From IMG/VR virus record IMGVR_UViG_3300042564_002756, positions 62,001 through 126,000 of that record: a DNA stretch of 64,000 nucleotides; one strand, 5' to 3'. Positions within the stretch are counted from its first letter, which is position 1. Each line of letters begins with the position of its first letter. This document shows, one piece after another, positions 30,715 through 40,764 of the stretch. The position numbers were made by a program, and so were the translations under genes. Source of the stretch: an uncultured virus (IMG/VR IMGVR_UViG_3300042564_002756) (taxonomy: Duplodnaviria; Heunggongvirae; Uroviricota; Caudoviricetes). The notes under the pieces are model-generated. The model saw only the letters and a program-made list of their open reading frames with translations, ran no database searches and was not told the DNA's origin.

Positions 30715-33528
30715 TTTTCTCTTTCCGGCAATATGAACATTCTATATAACTTTTCATATCACTCATGTTAAACACGTGGTGGTATTGGTGATTTCCAAAT
30801 AAACAGTTAATCCAGCCTTTGAAGAATCTGTAATAACCTTTGATACCACCACCGTGTGCGGTTGCCATTAGATGTATATTTATCCAATGTCCGCCATACC
30901 ATACAAACACTCGTTTATGTTTAAAGAGAATTTTCAAGTCCAAAGACTATTTCTGTTTTTAATCAAACGTATCAGCATTTCGGTATCTTCTGCTTCATAT
31001 GCAGCCTCAATCTCTCGATTTTTGTCAAGAATCTTTCTAGTCTCTACGTGATCTTCCTCTGGATCATCATGCATGAAACCAATTCCGCGCACACGTTTAC
31101 TTTTGCAATGTGCAGACCAACCGCTTAGATCATAAGGGTCTGGGCGGTTAGGATACACCTCTGTCCACCATTTATAAAGTGCAATGATTTCTGTTGCTAC
31201 TAGAGCTTGAGCAGTAGGCTTTACTTCGTGCTTTTTATCTTCATCGAGCCACTCTTCATCTGTAAGACTAGTTTCCCACTCGAGGTGTTGAAGCCCAGCT
31301 TCAGGACTACGCCAGGTTCGAGTTCGCCAGCGACCTACCTGCCACCACTTCATACCTTTTTGTTTTTCTTCACTCCAGCGATAGTTGCTGTAAGCCTTTT
31401 CAATCTCGACAAAATCCGCAAGTTCGTCAAAGAGACATATAAGAATTCGACTATCAAAATCACGATACTGCCCGGGTTTGATGTGTTTAGGGTGAGATAC
31501 AAGAGCATGACTCTGGTCCACCCAACGATTCACAACGTAGTACTTTAAACTATAAACGCGGTCGGGAACCCATGTAATAATATTCTGGATATAATCTATT
31601 AATTCATCAGCAATCCAATAACGAATAGGATACTTACTTTTAGCATCAGACTCCCAGTCTTCCCAACCTTTCGCACTAAGCACAAGTGGTTTACCAGTAC
31701 CTCGAATGATATTCGCAATTTTGCTACACGACCAGTAGTTCTTCATGATCTAATCTCCTTGAGTAATTACTTTATATCATCAATTAGTAGGTTTGTCAAC
31801 ATTTTGTTTGGACTTAAATAACTTTATATCATTGATAGCACTCTTGAGTGTTTCTGCATAGTTGAGTGCAGTCTGTTCATTCATCACGATGGTTGTTTCC
31901 ATTTCAGCATGCCCTTTAGTAAGGATTTGCCAAATTTGTTTCCAACGATTATTTTCCCACCACTTTGTGTGATTTTTCACATAAACATGAACCTGAATAC
32001 CGCATTCATCTGCTTCAATATTTACTTCATGAGAACAATCTTCATTTCCACAATCACAGCGAATGTGGTACCACTTACTATCACCCCATTCAGATGTTTT
32101 TAAGATACCTTCAGCTGGTTTTTGTACTCGCATTATCCGTGCCTCTCCATTGTATCAATAAGTATATCTACATTATCTTCTAAATCTTTTTTGCCGGTTC
32201 CGCGGACCTTATCTAGGTTCTTCATAATACAAAGATCACAAATAGCCAAGTCAAGATACTCACCGGTTCCCATTGGATCAAATATCGAAGACCCGTAGTG
32301 CCCATATGTACGAAAATGAAGACCACCCATAGGATGAACTTCAACTATCTTGTCTTTCATATCATATTCGAGATTATCAAGTTCTTCTCCACATGCAATA
32401 CAATCAATTTTGGTTTCAGTTTTCATTGTCCCTCAATCAGTTCCCAGCGAGCATCAATTGTTAATTCATTGTGATAATTAGTTGTAATAATTTTTTGGTA
32501 TAGTTTGCCGTTGATAAACCTTAGTTCATTAGTTTTTTGTTCGCCGAGGATAAATTCCCCAGCATCATCAGCAATTATAATGTCTCCATCATAGATATTA
32601 TCTTCTTCCATTACTGTGTTTCCTTAACTTCTTGCATTCGTTTATAGTGTTCATATGACTTTACAAGAAATTCAAAACGTTTTGGATACTGAAATGGATT
32701 TGGAATGTTTTCTACACCATAATGCTCTATAAATTCTTCAATAAATGCATCATCTCTGTTCACCGAATAAGTCATAAATGTCCTTTTTTAATCTTTTAGC
32801 ATATGGTGTTAACATTTCTTCATCTTCTAAAATATAATCTTTGATGAGAAACTTAAGATAGTTTTGAAGTTCTTTCATATAGTTTGGAGTATCAGAAACT
32901 ATCACTCGTTCTATGAAACCTGAAGGATACCTAAGTCCGAATACCTGGTATTCACATGATCGCTTAATACGAAAGAATGGAAAATACTGTGTTGAGTAAA
33001 GTTTTCCTTCGTATTCTACTTGCATTTAATCCCAGACTTGTGATACTCGATACGAATATTTATTATACTTTTCTTGTTTTGGGTCTGACCATTCAAGAGT
33101 ATTTTTATCAGCAACTTGTGAAAGTTTAATTGCTTGATCAGATGTTGCAGCTTCGACTGTTAGGACTGCAGTCCTATATGAAGTTGCAATATCTTGAACT
33201 TCTACTGAATACTTACGGAGAGGCTTTCCTTTTGTCTGCTTTTTAATACCAGTTACCATTTCTTTAAATTTGCCATAAGGCAAATCTTGCCATTCTTGAA
33301 CTTTTTCGGGAGTTGGTTTTCCAAGAATACCCCATGAATTCATTTTCTAGTCTCCTGTTCTTTTCTAAAATCACAATATAGTTCAAAGATTAGATATGGT
33401 ATGAATACAAGTATGCTACCTACAAAAAGCATTGCTGTAAGATAATCAGCAATTAAGAAACATACAATGTAATCATACCATTTCATTTTGTTACATCCTA
33501 TAGAAAGTGTGTTCACCAATAGTTCCAA
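30692..33528 (-). other. hypothetical ORFs (30692-30943, 30934-31746 270 aa Trp-rich, 31780-32133, 32133-32426, 32423-32611, 32750-33025, 33026-33343, 33340-33486)
   Basis: Tiled minus-strand ORFs. Confidence 0.6.
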
Positions 33529-33952
33529 CCTTGGTGAATTTTCTTGCCCACCTTGGCAATCTTTTTATGTCATGTTTATTAATAAAGTGTGTCGCTAAGT
33601 GACTATATGATGTAACATTTTCATCTAATAGTTCTTTTGCAATTGACGAAGCTTGTTCCCAAGCTTCGTGTTCACTAGGTGTTTTATTCTTTCTAGAACA
33701 AGTCCAAGCAAATTGGCAACCTTGATATACTACAGCGCATATAGTGTCAGGATAATGCAGTGAAGCAACACGATTGATGGTGACTTCACCAACCATTCTC
33801 ATTCCTTTTTCTGATTCTCCGCGTGCCTCGTGATAGATATTTAAAGCGAGTGCTTGCAATTCTGCCCGTTCATCGCAATTTCCGGCGACGGCAGCAGTAC
33901 TCATCAAAGATAAAGCAATACATACAGTCGCCACAAATGTGAATAATCTCAT
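33491..33952 (-). CDS. SleB/Hydrolase_2 cell wall hydrolase with signal peptide
   Basis: LALNIYHEARGE, VTINRV, YPDTICAVVYQ, QFAW, IGEHTFY. Confidence 0.9.
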   Translation of the reverse strand: MRLFTFVATVCIALSLMSTAAVAGNCDERAELQALALNIYHEARGESEKGMRMVGEVTINRVASLHYPDTICAVVYQGCQFAWTCSRKNKTPSEHEAWEQASSIAKELLDENVTSYSHLATHFINKHDIKRLPRWARKFTKVGTIGEHTFYRM

Positions 33953-33984
33953 TTGTAGTCCCTTTTTGTTTGTTACAGATAGAG

Positions 33985-34008
33985 CAAAGGGAGCATAAGC
34001 CCCCTTTG
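33985..34008 (-). terminator. GC hairpin, possible terminator
   Basis: CAAAGGGGGC-TTAT-GCTCCCTTTG; weak U-tail. Confidence 0.5.
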
Positions 34009-34247
34009 AAGTTTTATTTATTTACGAGTGATACCCCGAGATCCTTCAAAGAAGTGGCGTTCAAGAACTCGATTGTTCTTTCGAGAGAACTTGATATTCT
34101 TGATATTATCACCAAGGATGATTTCATCTTGAGTTCGTGAAACAATGACAAAGTCAGATGAAAATTCTTTAAGAACAGATTTCATCAATGCATCACCGCC
34201 GATACGAGTCACTTCAATAGCATATTTGTTCATTGAGGTTCCTTTCA

Positions 34248-34288
34248 CCTTATAGAATCAGTATATACTATTTGAAATGAAATGTCAA
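34248..34288 (-). promoter_or_regulatory. phage early promoter cassette, class 1
   Basis: TTGACA-17-TATACTGATTCTATAAGG. Confidence 0.85.
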
Positions 34289-34289
34289 C

Positions 34290-34871
34290 TCATTTGTTTA
34301 GAATAAATGCCCCACGGCGATTTTGTGACCAAGCAGCTTCAGTGGAACCTAGGACAGACGGGCGCTCTTTTCCATAACTAACTGTTTGAATTCTGTTGGC
34401 ATCAATTCCTTTGGAGATAAGACTTGCTTTAAGAGTCGATGCACGCTTCTCTCCTAGATACAAGTTATATTCTCTTGTTCCACGTTCGTCCGCATGCCCT
34501 TCGATGGTTACCACATATGCAGGATAGTCTTTCATAAACTTTGCTACGTCATCAATAAGCCAATTACTCTCAACATTAGCAGTATCTGCGCTATAATTAA
34601 AAAATGCGCGAGTATGTCCAATTTTATCTTTGCGAGTCATTTCATCAACTATTGATTTTAATTCAACAACTTGGTTTTCTAAAACTTCAAAATTTGTCTG
34701 AAGTTCGGATTTATGATCTGTAATAGTATTAGTTAGTTGTGTCACTGCATCAGTAATCTGATCATTGATATAAGTTTTAATATCTTCTGCCGGTGCAGTA
34801 ATAGGGGTCGTAGTTTGTGCAAATGCAGCCGTACCTAGTAACATAGCAGCAATTAGTGTAAGTTTTTTCAT
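34290..34871 (-). CDS. OmpA/Pal-like peptidoglycan-binding protein with a non-lipoprotein signal peptide
   Basis: IEGHADERGTREYNLYLGEKRA, TVSYGKERP, SQNRR; signal MKKLTLIAAMLLGTAAFA with no Cys. Confidence 0.88.
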   Translation of the reverse strand: MKKLTLIAAMLLGTAAFAQTTTPITAPAEDIKTYINDQITDAVTQLTNTITDHKSELQTNFEVLENQVVELKSIVDEMTRKDKIGHTRAFFNYSADTANVESNWLIDDVAKFMKDYPAYVVTIEGHADERGTREYNLYLGEKRASTLKASLISKGIDANRIQTVSYGKERPSVLGSTEAAWSQNRRGAFILNK

Positions 34872-34907
34872 TTTATTCTCCATTATAAATTAAATTCTGA
34901 TATTTGT

Positions 34908-35633
34908 TTATTTCCACCATTTCTCGCCTTTAGACTTTGATTCCCAGAAATGATCAATAATTTGATTGCAGATAAAAATACCTTCTTTGTTTAGATATCT
35001 ATCACATATTGAAATACTTAAACCGATCTGCTCGTCTAGTTTATTCCCATATCTAAGTTCTGGATCTTTTCCGTCATTTAACCTATCAACAATCCAAAGT
35101 GCTTTTCTGCAAATTTCTTTTCTATCTAGTTTTGGTATGTATATAACGCCAGTATTATACATGATGTATGATGTATTAAAGTCAATATCAACTTCATACC
35201 ATGGTAAAGATGGAAGAATTTTATCCAAATTACGGAATTGCGTAATATAATATTCGGCAGACCATAAAATTGGATTATTTCCCCAGATAGAATTATCTAT
35301 ATGTGATTTAAATGCCGTATCAACATCTAATAGTACAACATCTTCACTATCTGAGAAGTCCATTAAAATAAAGATCTTTTCGATCAAGATTCTAATCAGA
35401 CCAGTAAAAGGTCTGCGGGACGTGATAATTTTAGAGATATATCCATTTTCTTGACAATACGTCTGGATTTCTAAATCTGAGAAAGAGTGATAAATGTATA
35501 TAGCAGGATTTACTGTATACATTTTCAAGCATTCTATTGACTTCTTTAATTGCTCGAAGAAGTCAACTTTATCTTGCGCATTTTTGTACTCGTTAATATA
35601 AAGATATGCAAAATTCAAATTAATACTCAGCAA
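34908..35633 (-). CDS. putative GT-A glycosyltransferase-like protein
   Basis: LLDVDT (DxD), YNTGVIY, DEQ, HFW; visibly AT-rich. Confidence 0.55.
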   Translation of the reverse strand: MLSINLNFAYLYINEYKNAQDKVDFFEQLKKSIECLKMYTVNPAIYIYHSFSDLEIQTYCQENGYISKIITSRRPFTGLIRILIEKIFILMDFSDSEDVVLLDVDTAFKSHIDNSIWGNNPILWSAEYYITQFRNLDKILPSLPWYEVDIDFNTSYIMYNTGVIYIPKLDRKEICRKALWIVDRLNDGKDPELRYGNKLDEQIGLSISICDRYLNKEGIFICNQIIDHFWESKSKGEKWWK

Positions 35634-36167
35634 CTGCTGTAAAGTTATCCATTGTCATGCCACTTTTAAAATTTTGAAAACGACGGATAGTGTGGCGCCC
35701 TTTAAACGCCACACCAATCTCGGTATCATGCCTGTATGGATGCACCTTGTGACCACTCCCACGGCCATTTGTAGTAATAGTATAAAGCAGTCCGTTTTTC
35801 TTGTAGCGGAACAGTGTCATGATCAAGCTCCTAGATTATATTTGCCGATATTGACAAAACCGAAGTTGTCAACGATGTAACAATCACCGTCCTTGACAAA
35901 GATATCACCGACAGATCCACTCGAACCACGAGCAAGCCGCCGAACCAATCCATCTTCCCAGAGGTTTGTCGATTCAAATGCTTGATCTAGGTCATCAGTA
36001 TCAACTTCATAAGTTGCATCGTAATACTCTACAAAGTCTTCATTCCACTTACGAGCACCGAGCATCATATCTGCACGAGCAACTGCTTTAGGAACTGCGT
36101 CCCAACCTCGTGCATTGACAGCGATAATGTCAGAATCACTCAGTCGGATTTGGTAAATAGTGATCAT
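35620..36167 (-). other. two short ORFs (35620-35826, 35823-36167)
   Basis: Behind a class 1 promoter. Confidence 0.6.
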
Positions 36168-36186
36168 GTTAGGTTCCTCTGTGTTA

Positions 36187-36227
36187 CCTTATAGAATCAG
36201 TATAAACTATTTAAAAGCATTTGTCAA
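36187..36227 (-). promoter_or_regulatory. phage early promoter cassette, class 1
   Basis: TTGACA-17-TATACTGATTCTATAAGG. Confidence 0.85.
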
Positions 36228-36413
36228 CCCACCAAAGATACTTTTTTCAACTCATCCAACTTTTTACAGACTTCATCCACTTGTTTCCAATCTTGAGCAT
36301 TTTTAGCGGTTACCAATGCAAGAATTAGATCAAGTTTGGTATTTACACGATCAAGAGCAACATTCACATCACGGAAGTTTTTCATGGTGTCTCCTTTTAT
36401 TCATTACGGTACC

Positions 36414-36442
36414 ATTATATACCGATTCTTTACATTTGTAAA
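36414..36442 (-). promoter_or_regulatory. sigma70-type promoter, class 2 variant
   Basis: TTTACA-AATGTAAAGAATCGGTA-TATAAT. Confidence 0.7.
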
Positions 36443-36445
36443 TAG

Positions 36446-36469
36446 AAAAGAGGCCCGAAGGCCTCTTTC
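36446..36469 (-). terminator. intrinsic terminator after nrdA-C, UUCG loop
   Basis: AAAGAGGCC-TTCG-GGCCTCTTTT. Confidence 0.85.
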
Positions 36470-37489
36470 TTAAGCTTCACATGCAGCGCACCCAGCGGCT
36501 GTTACTCTTTTTCTGGTCAATGCTTGGGCGGCCGACATTGAGTAACTGTAATACAAGCTCTTGACACCCATTTCCCATGCATATAGATAAAGTGCATTTA
36601 TTTCTTTTACAGGCATATCTGGATCAACCATCAAGTTCAAACTTTGACCTTGGTCAATGTATTGTTGACGAACACCAGCGTGATCAATAATAGTGTAAGG
36701 GTTAATTTCAGCAAAGGTCTTGAATACTTCTTTTTCATTTGGAGACAAGAAGTCTAGATGTTGGATTGAACCATCTGCATTTTTAATTGTTTCCCATACC
36801 TCTGTTGTGTTTTTACCTTTTTCTTCTAGCAATTCCTGAAGGTAAGGATTTTTAATAGTCACTTTCATCTTTGCAAGATCTTTGACATAGCAATTAGAGA
36901 ACTCAGGCTCGATAGACTGACTTACCTGTCCTAGAATAAAACTACTAGATTTAGTAGGTGCAATTGCCATGGTTGTAGTATTACGCATACCATAACCCTT
37001 AAGTAATGGTGGTTCACCTAGTTTTATTGCAAGTTCACGTGATGCAGCGTGTGAACGTTCCTGTAATGTTTTTGCAATTTCCATGTTCTTCTTTGCTGCT
37101 TCTTTAGATTCAAAACCAATCATATTAGATTGAAGATATGAATGCCAACCAAGAATACCAACACCGATTGCACGATGATTAATTGCAAATTCACGTGCAC
37201 GCTTCAGATATTCTTGACCTTCAGCTTTACGGATAAACTCTTCACAAACTGTATCAAGGAACATTGTCATAACTTCGATAGCGTCTGTTTCAATAATCTC
37301 ATCCCAGTGAAGAGCATTAATTGATGAAAGGACACAAGTAAAAGTTTCAGTGACAGACGACGGAAGTGCAATTTCGATACAATTATGTACCAATATATCG
37401 TTGGCAAAAAAAGATGATGTTTCCGGAACTGTTATATCGTACACGGGTATTTCTTCATCATAATCAATGTATTCTATTCTTATACCCAA
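36470..37489 (-). CDS. nrdA: ribonucleotide reductase class I alpha, C-terminal half, preceded by the 36-aa C-half of a split intein
   Basis: MGIRIE...VYDITVPETSSFFANDILVHN/CIEI; CVLSSIN, RAIGVG, AIAPTKSSS, DQGQSLN, KSLYY, CAACEA; TTG start. Confidence 0.93.
   Translation of the reverse strand: MGIRIEYIDYDEEIPVYDITVPETSSFFANDILVHNCIEIALPSSVTETFTCVLSSINALHWDEIIETDAIEVMTMFLDTVCEEFIRKAEGQEYLKRAREFAINHRAIGVGILGWHSYLQSNMIGFESKEAAKKNMEIAKTLQERSHAASRELAIKLGEPPLLKGYGMRNTTTMAIAPTKSSSFILGQVSQSIEPEFSNCYVKDLAKMKVTIKNPYLQELLEEKGKNTTEVWETIKNADGSIQHLDFLSPNEKEVFKTFAEINPYTIIDHAGVRQQYIDQGQSLNLMVDPDMPVKEINALYLYAWEMGVKSLYYSYSMSAAQALTRKRVTAAGCAACEA
37382..37489 (-). mobile_element. split intein C-fragment (IntC)
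   Basis: Block F VYDITV, block G ILVHN, +1 Cys. Confidence 0.92.
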
Positions 37490-38328
37490 TTTTTAGTTTC
37501 CTTTTTTGTAAATTGTCTCCATTCGTTTGAATGGAAGCTGTTATATTTTTCTAAAGTTATTCCATCTTTTTCGGAACATTTTATTAATTCATCTACCATA
37601 CCCCAAAATCCTCTATTTGAAAATCTAAACATTTTCCAATGTTTTAGATGAGGTAAATTATAGTAAACAGAATGTTGAATCCAAAAACTACCATTAACCA
37701 GTTTATTGTACTTATAGCAACAATTTTTATAAGATTCTAATAAATCTGTGTCGGAATATTTGCTATTTTGATTAGCATATCCTAGACTCTCGTTACTTCT
37801 TATTTTATTCTGTTCAGCAGTTTTCTTTAATCCTTTAGTAATATGAACCCATTCGCCATTTAAAACCTTTGGATCATTCATTGATACTATACCCAATCTT
37901 TCGCCAGTAAGTAGATTTTTTGCTGGCATAGTTCCAGTTTTACCTTTACTTATAGCTTTATTTGTTTGTATTTTATATTTTTCATATATTCTTGAACTAT
38001 AGTTATATACAGACCTTTTATTATTTACAGGGCCGCCATTTAAAAACATTTTTAATGAAAGATAGCAGCGATATTCCCATTTTGTATTATTCCATATCTT
38101 ACAAAGTATTAAATGTGCTATAAAATGTTCTCTTGGAGTAAGATATGTAATATTACCTACGTGCTCGCCATCACCTTCATATATTCCATCATTATGACGA
38201 AGTTTTCTTTTATTATTTTTATAAAAAAATACCGGTACTATATGATGTTTTTCCAAACTACCGCCCCGAATTTTTTTCCTTCTTATACCTCGTTGGCACA
38301 TATTTTGGTATATTTTTTCATAATTCAT
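37480..38328 (-). CDS. free-standing HNH homing endonuclease inside fractured nrdA
   Basis: MNYEKIY, EKHHIVP, GNITYLTPREHFIAHLIL; AT-rich; lies between the intein halves. Confidence 0.88.
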   Translation of the reverse strand: MNYEKIYQNMCQRGIRRKKIRGGSLEKHHIVPVFFYKNNKRKLRHNDGIYEGDGEHVGNITYLTPREHFIAHLILCKIWNNTKWEYRCYLSLKMFLNGGPVNNKRSVYNYSSRIYEKYKIQTNKAISKGKTGTMPAKNLLTGERLGIVSMNDPKVLNGEWVHITKGLKKTAEQNKIRSNESLGYANQNSKYSDTDLLESYKNCCYKYNKLVNGSFWIQHSVYYNLPHLKHWKMFRFSNRGFWGMVDELIKCSEKDGITLEKYNSFHSNEWRQFTKKETKNWV

Positions 38329-38381
38329 GCAGTAAAATCTCCTTTTTATTTTTATTTATAATAAGGGAGATTTCACTACAT
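38327..38381 (-). promoter_or_regulatory. RBS-sequestering 16-bp hairpin with a late promoter (TATAAATA, 38360-38353) in its loop
   Basis: ATGTAGTGAAATCTCC pairs with GGAGATTTTACTGCAT, covering the SD and the start of the ATG of the HNH gene. Confidence 0.85.
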
Positions 38382-38398
38382 TATAGAGTGTTTAGAGA

Positions 38399-38716
38399 TT
38401 ATTCACCTATTAGAAGTTCATCATCTTCTGTAAGATCTTTAGCTTCTACCCAACCTCTGTTTTGAGTAAAGATTTTATGATCTGGTGTGCACTCAACAAC
38501 TTTGCCTGTTTTATCATCAGTAATACGTATCATTTTTTTAGTAGAACCAGTTTGGGCGGCCGCAGTAACTTTACAGAAACCTTTTTCTGTTTTTACTTTA
38601 GTCTCAGCTGGTATTCCACCTATTGACCAAAGTTTAACAAATGTTTCTATATCTATTGTTTGTGGTTCTTTTTCAAACGGAAACCACACTGTCATAATAC
38701 TATCACCACGTAGACA
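38399..38716 (-). mobile_element. split intein N-fragment (IntN)
   Basis: Block A CLRGDS from 38716; block B CTPDH. Confidence 0.92.
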
Positions 38717-39487
38717 CATGTTTGACGCATGGATCTTCATCTTTTTATCTTTATAGACTTGAGGCTTGTTATTGTTAACATTATCACCAAATAGGATATA
38801 AGGATACCCAATCTCTGATCTACGCTGAAGTACTTTTGCCCAGATTCGGCGCTTCTCTGCATCACCTTTTTTCATTGACTCTATAAATGAGTCTGAAACA
38901 ACAATACCAGTAGTTAGTCCCTGAATTGGATTTCCTTCGGTTCCAATATCTAAAAACTCGTCGGCATCTGGATGATCAATATCTTGATATGCAGCAAAGA
39001 AACCTCTGCGAACTGAACCTTGTGAAACTACTGATGCGAGTGTATCATATAGTTGCATAAAGTGGACGGAACCTGATGATGCGCCGGAATCTGTAATATT
39101 AGCCCCACGGTGACGGACTGCACCGAAGTAACCGGAACAACCACCACCATTTTTCATTAACATACCGTTTTCTGCAACGCCAAAAAGAATTGATTCCATA
39201 TTATCATCAATATAAGAGCCAAAGCAAGAAACTGGTAAACCACGCTTCTTACCATAATTAGCCCAAACAGGTGATGAGAGAGAATAGAAACCACGTGACA
39301 TATAATCATAAAATTTGTCTGCATATCCAGGAATACCTAGATATTTTTCTGCTGTTGCGGCGATCTCTCTAATTCGACTTTCTGCAGTTTCACCCGCATC
39401 TTCATTGATGTAGCCCCTTGAAAGAAACTTTCGTGAGTCTTCATTCAACCAATAAAATTTTTCGTACGTCTTTGTTACCTCTATCAA
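38399..39487 (-). CDS. nrdA: ribonucleotide reductase class I alpha, N-terminal half (no ATP-cone), followed by the 105-aa N-half of a split intein
   Basis: SLSSPVWAN, LPVSCF, GGGCSG, SQGSVRRG, HPD, GYPYI, ASNM/CLRGDS...CTPDHKIFTQNRGWVEAKDL. Confidence 0.93.
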   Translation of the reverse strand: MIEVTKTYEKFYWLNEDSRKFLSRGYINEDAGETAESRIREIAATAEKYLGIPGYADKFYDYMSRGFYSLSSPVWANYGKKRGLPVSCFGSYIDDNMESILFGVAENGMLMKNGGGCSGYFGAVRHRGANITDSGASSGSVHFMQLYDTLASVVSQGSVRRGFFAAYQDIDHPDADEFLDIGTEGNPIQGLTTGIVVSDSFIESMKKGDAEKRRIWAKVLQRRSEIGYPYILFGDNVNNNKPQVYKDKKMKIHASNMCLRGDSIMTVWFPFEKEPQTIDIETFVKLWSIGGIPAETKVKTEKGFCKVTAAAQTGSTKKMIRITDDKTGKVVECTPDHKIFTQNRGWVEAKDLTEDDELLIGE

Positions 39488-40764
39488 AATAGATCATCCT
39501 CCGTAAATGCTTTTGTTTTCTTTGAATATGCTGTGCTTCTCTTAACAAAGAAGTCAACATTTTTTGTACTTAAAATTTCTTCAACAAACCAATCTGTGCT
39601 TGAAACTGCAACTTGATCTACTTCATAAATTGGTTTAATATCAATTGCTTGTAGTGATTGGTTGAAACGATGCTTTAGAAATTCCTTGACGGTCTCTTTT
39701 GGAAGGAAGTCTAGATCTGAATCACCATAGATCCAATCTACAATCATGGACTCTGCCTTATATGCTTCTTTGCAGAGTCGATTTACCTCTGAAATTGTGT
39801 CTTTGGTCCACCAATCTGGATTTTCAGCTTTGATAATGTTAACAAGTTCAAAACCGAATCTAGCATGAATGTCTTCTTCTTTTGAAGTCGCTTCCACTGC
39901 ATTAGAGATGCCTTTCAACATATTCTTATGCTTGTTGAAAGCCATCATGATTAGAAATTGCGAGAATAATGAAACATTTTCTACAAACATAGAAAATAGG
40001 ACAATATTGTGGAAGTAATCTTTATCATCGACTGGGTTCTGAAGAGCTTGTTCTAGGTATGCAATACGCTTTTTTATTGCAGGAACATCTACTATAGTTT
40101 CAAACTCTTCATTTAAACCCATGATTTCAATGAGATTTGAATAAGCATCGGCATGGCGAACTTCAGATTCTGCAAATGTTGCGCCGACTGCTTGTACTTC
40201 TGGTTTCTTTAGTCTATCACCGACTTTACCCCAGAATGCTTTGACTTGAACTTCTATTTGTGAAATTGCAAGCATTGCTTTCTTTACAATTTCTACTTCT
40301 TCTTTTGTCATTCTTACTTTCATGTCTTGGATATCAGATGAGTAATTAAATTCTGTATGAACCCAATATGAATGACGGATAGCATCTTTATATTCGTCTA
40401 GTTGTGGATACTCGTAAGGTTTTAAATTAGTTCTTTTACGAAAAATATCTGGCATGTTATTATGGCGATATACAATGTATTCTCTTGCCAGATCGTGTAG
40501 GCCCATGTCCATTATTACATTTTCAACGGTTCTATGAACTGTATCGACACTTACAATAACATCATTTACTGCACTTTTATTTAAAATATCTGTTACTTCT
40601 GTTGCCACTTCTTCTGGCATTGTTTTACTTCTGATACCGATGGACTTCATTGCTTTAGATACAGCAGTGCTGATCTTGTCTTTGTCATAAACTTCTGTAG
40701 TCCCGTTTCGTTTGGTAACGTAATTTACTGTCTTAGAATGTTCGTTTGTTGAACTATCTAACAT
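39484..40764 (-). CDS. nrdB: ribonucleotide reductase class I beta subunit with an N-terminal ATP-cone
   Basis: VTKRNG...YDKDKI...VENVIM...AREYIVYR, then KPYEYP, YWVHTE, SQIE, ESEVRHADAY, ENVSLFSQF, EEDIH, DFFVKR. Confidence 0.93.
   Translation of the reverse strand: MLDSSTNEHSKTVNYVTKRNGTTEVYDKDKISTAVSKAMKSIGIRSKTMPEEVATEVTDILNKSAVNDVIVSVDTVHRTVENVIMDMGLHDLAREYIVYRHNNMPDIFRKRTNLKPYEYPQLDEYKDAIRHSYWVHTEFNYSSDIQDMKVRMTKEEVEIVKKAMLAISQIEVQVKAFWGKVGDRLKKPEVQAVGATFAESEVRHADAYSNLIEIMGLNEEFETIVDVPAIKKRIAYLEQALQNPVDDKDYFHNIVLFSMFVENVSLFSQFLIMMAFNKHKNMLKGISNAVEATSKEEDIHARFGFELVNIIKAENPDWWTKDTISEVNRLCKEAYKAESMIVDWIYGDSDLDFLPKETVKEFLKHRFNQSLQAIDIKPIYEVDQVAVSSTDWFVEEILSTKNVDFFVKRSTAYSKKTKAFTEDDLF

Noticed and set aside
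4137..36227. Repeated CCTTATAGAATCAGTATAAACTAT as a CRISPR array
   Set aside because: Copies are hundreds to thousands of bases apart, separated by genes, and each contains a -10 element; no cas genes.
36470..39487. nrdA as a pseudogene or group I intron-interrupted gene
   Set aside because: Both halves carry complete intein motifs and their own start/stop codons; no intron core is evident and there is almost no non-coding space.
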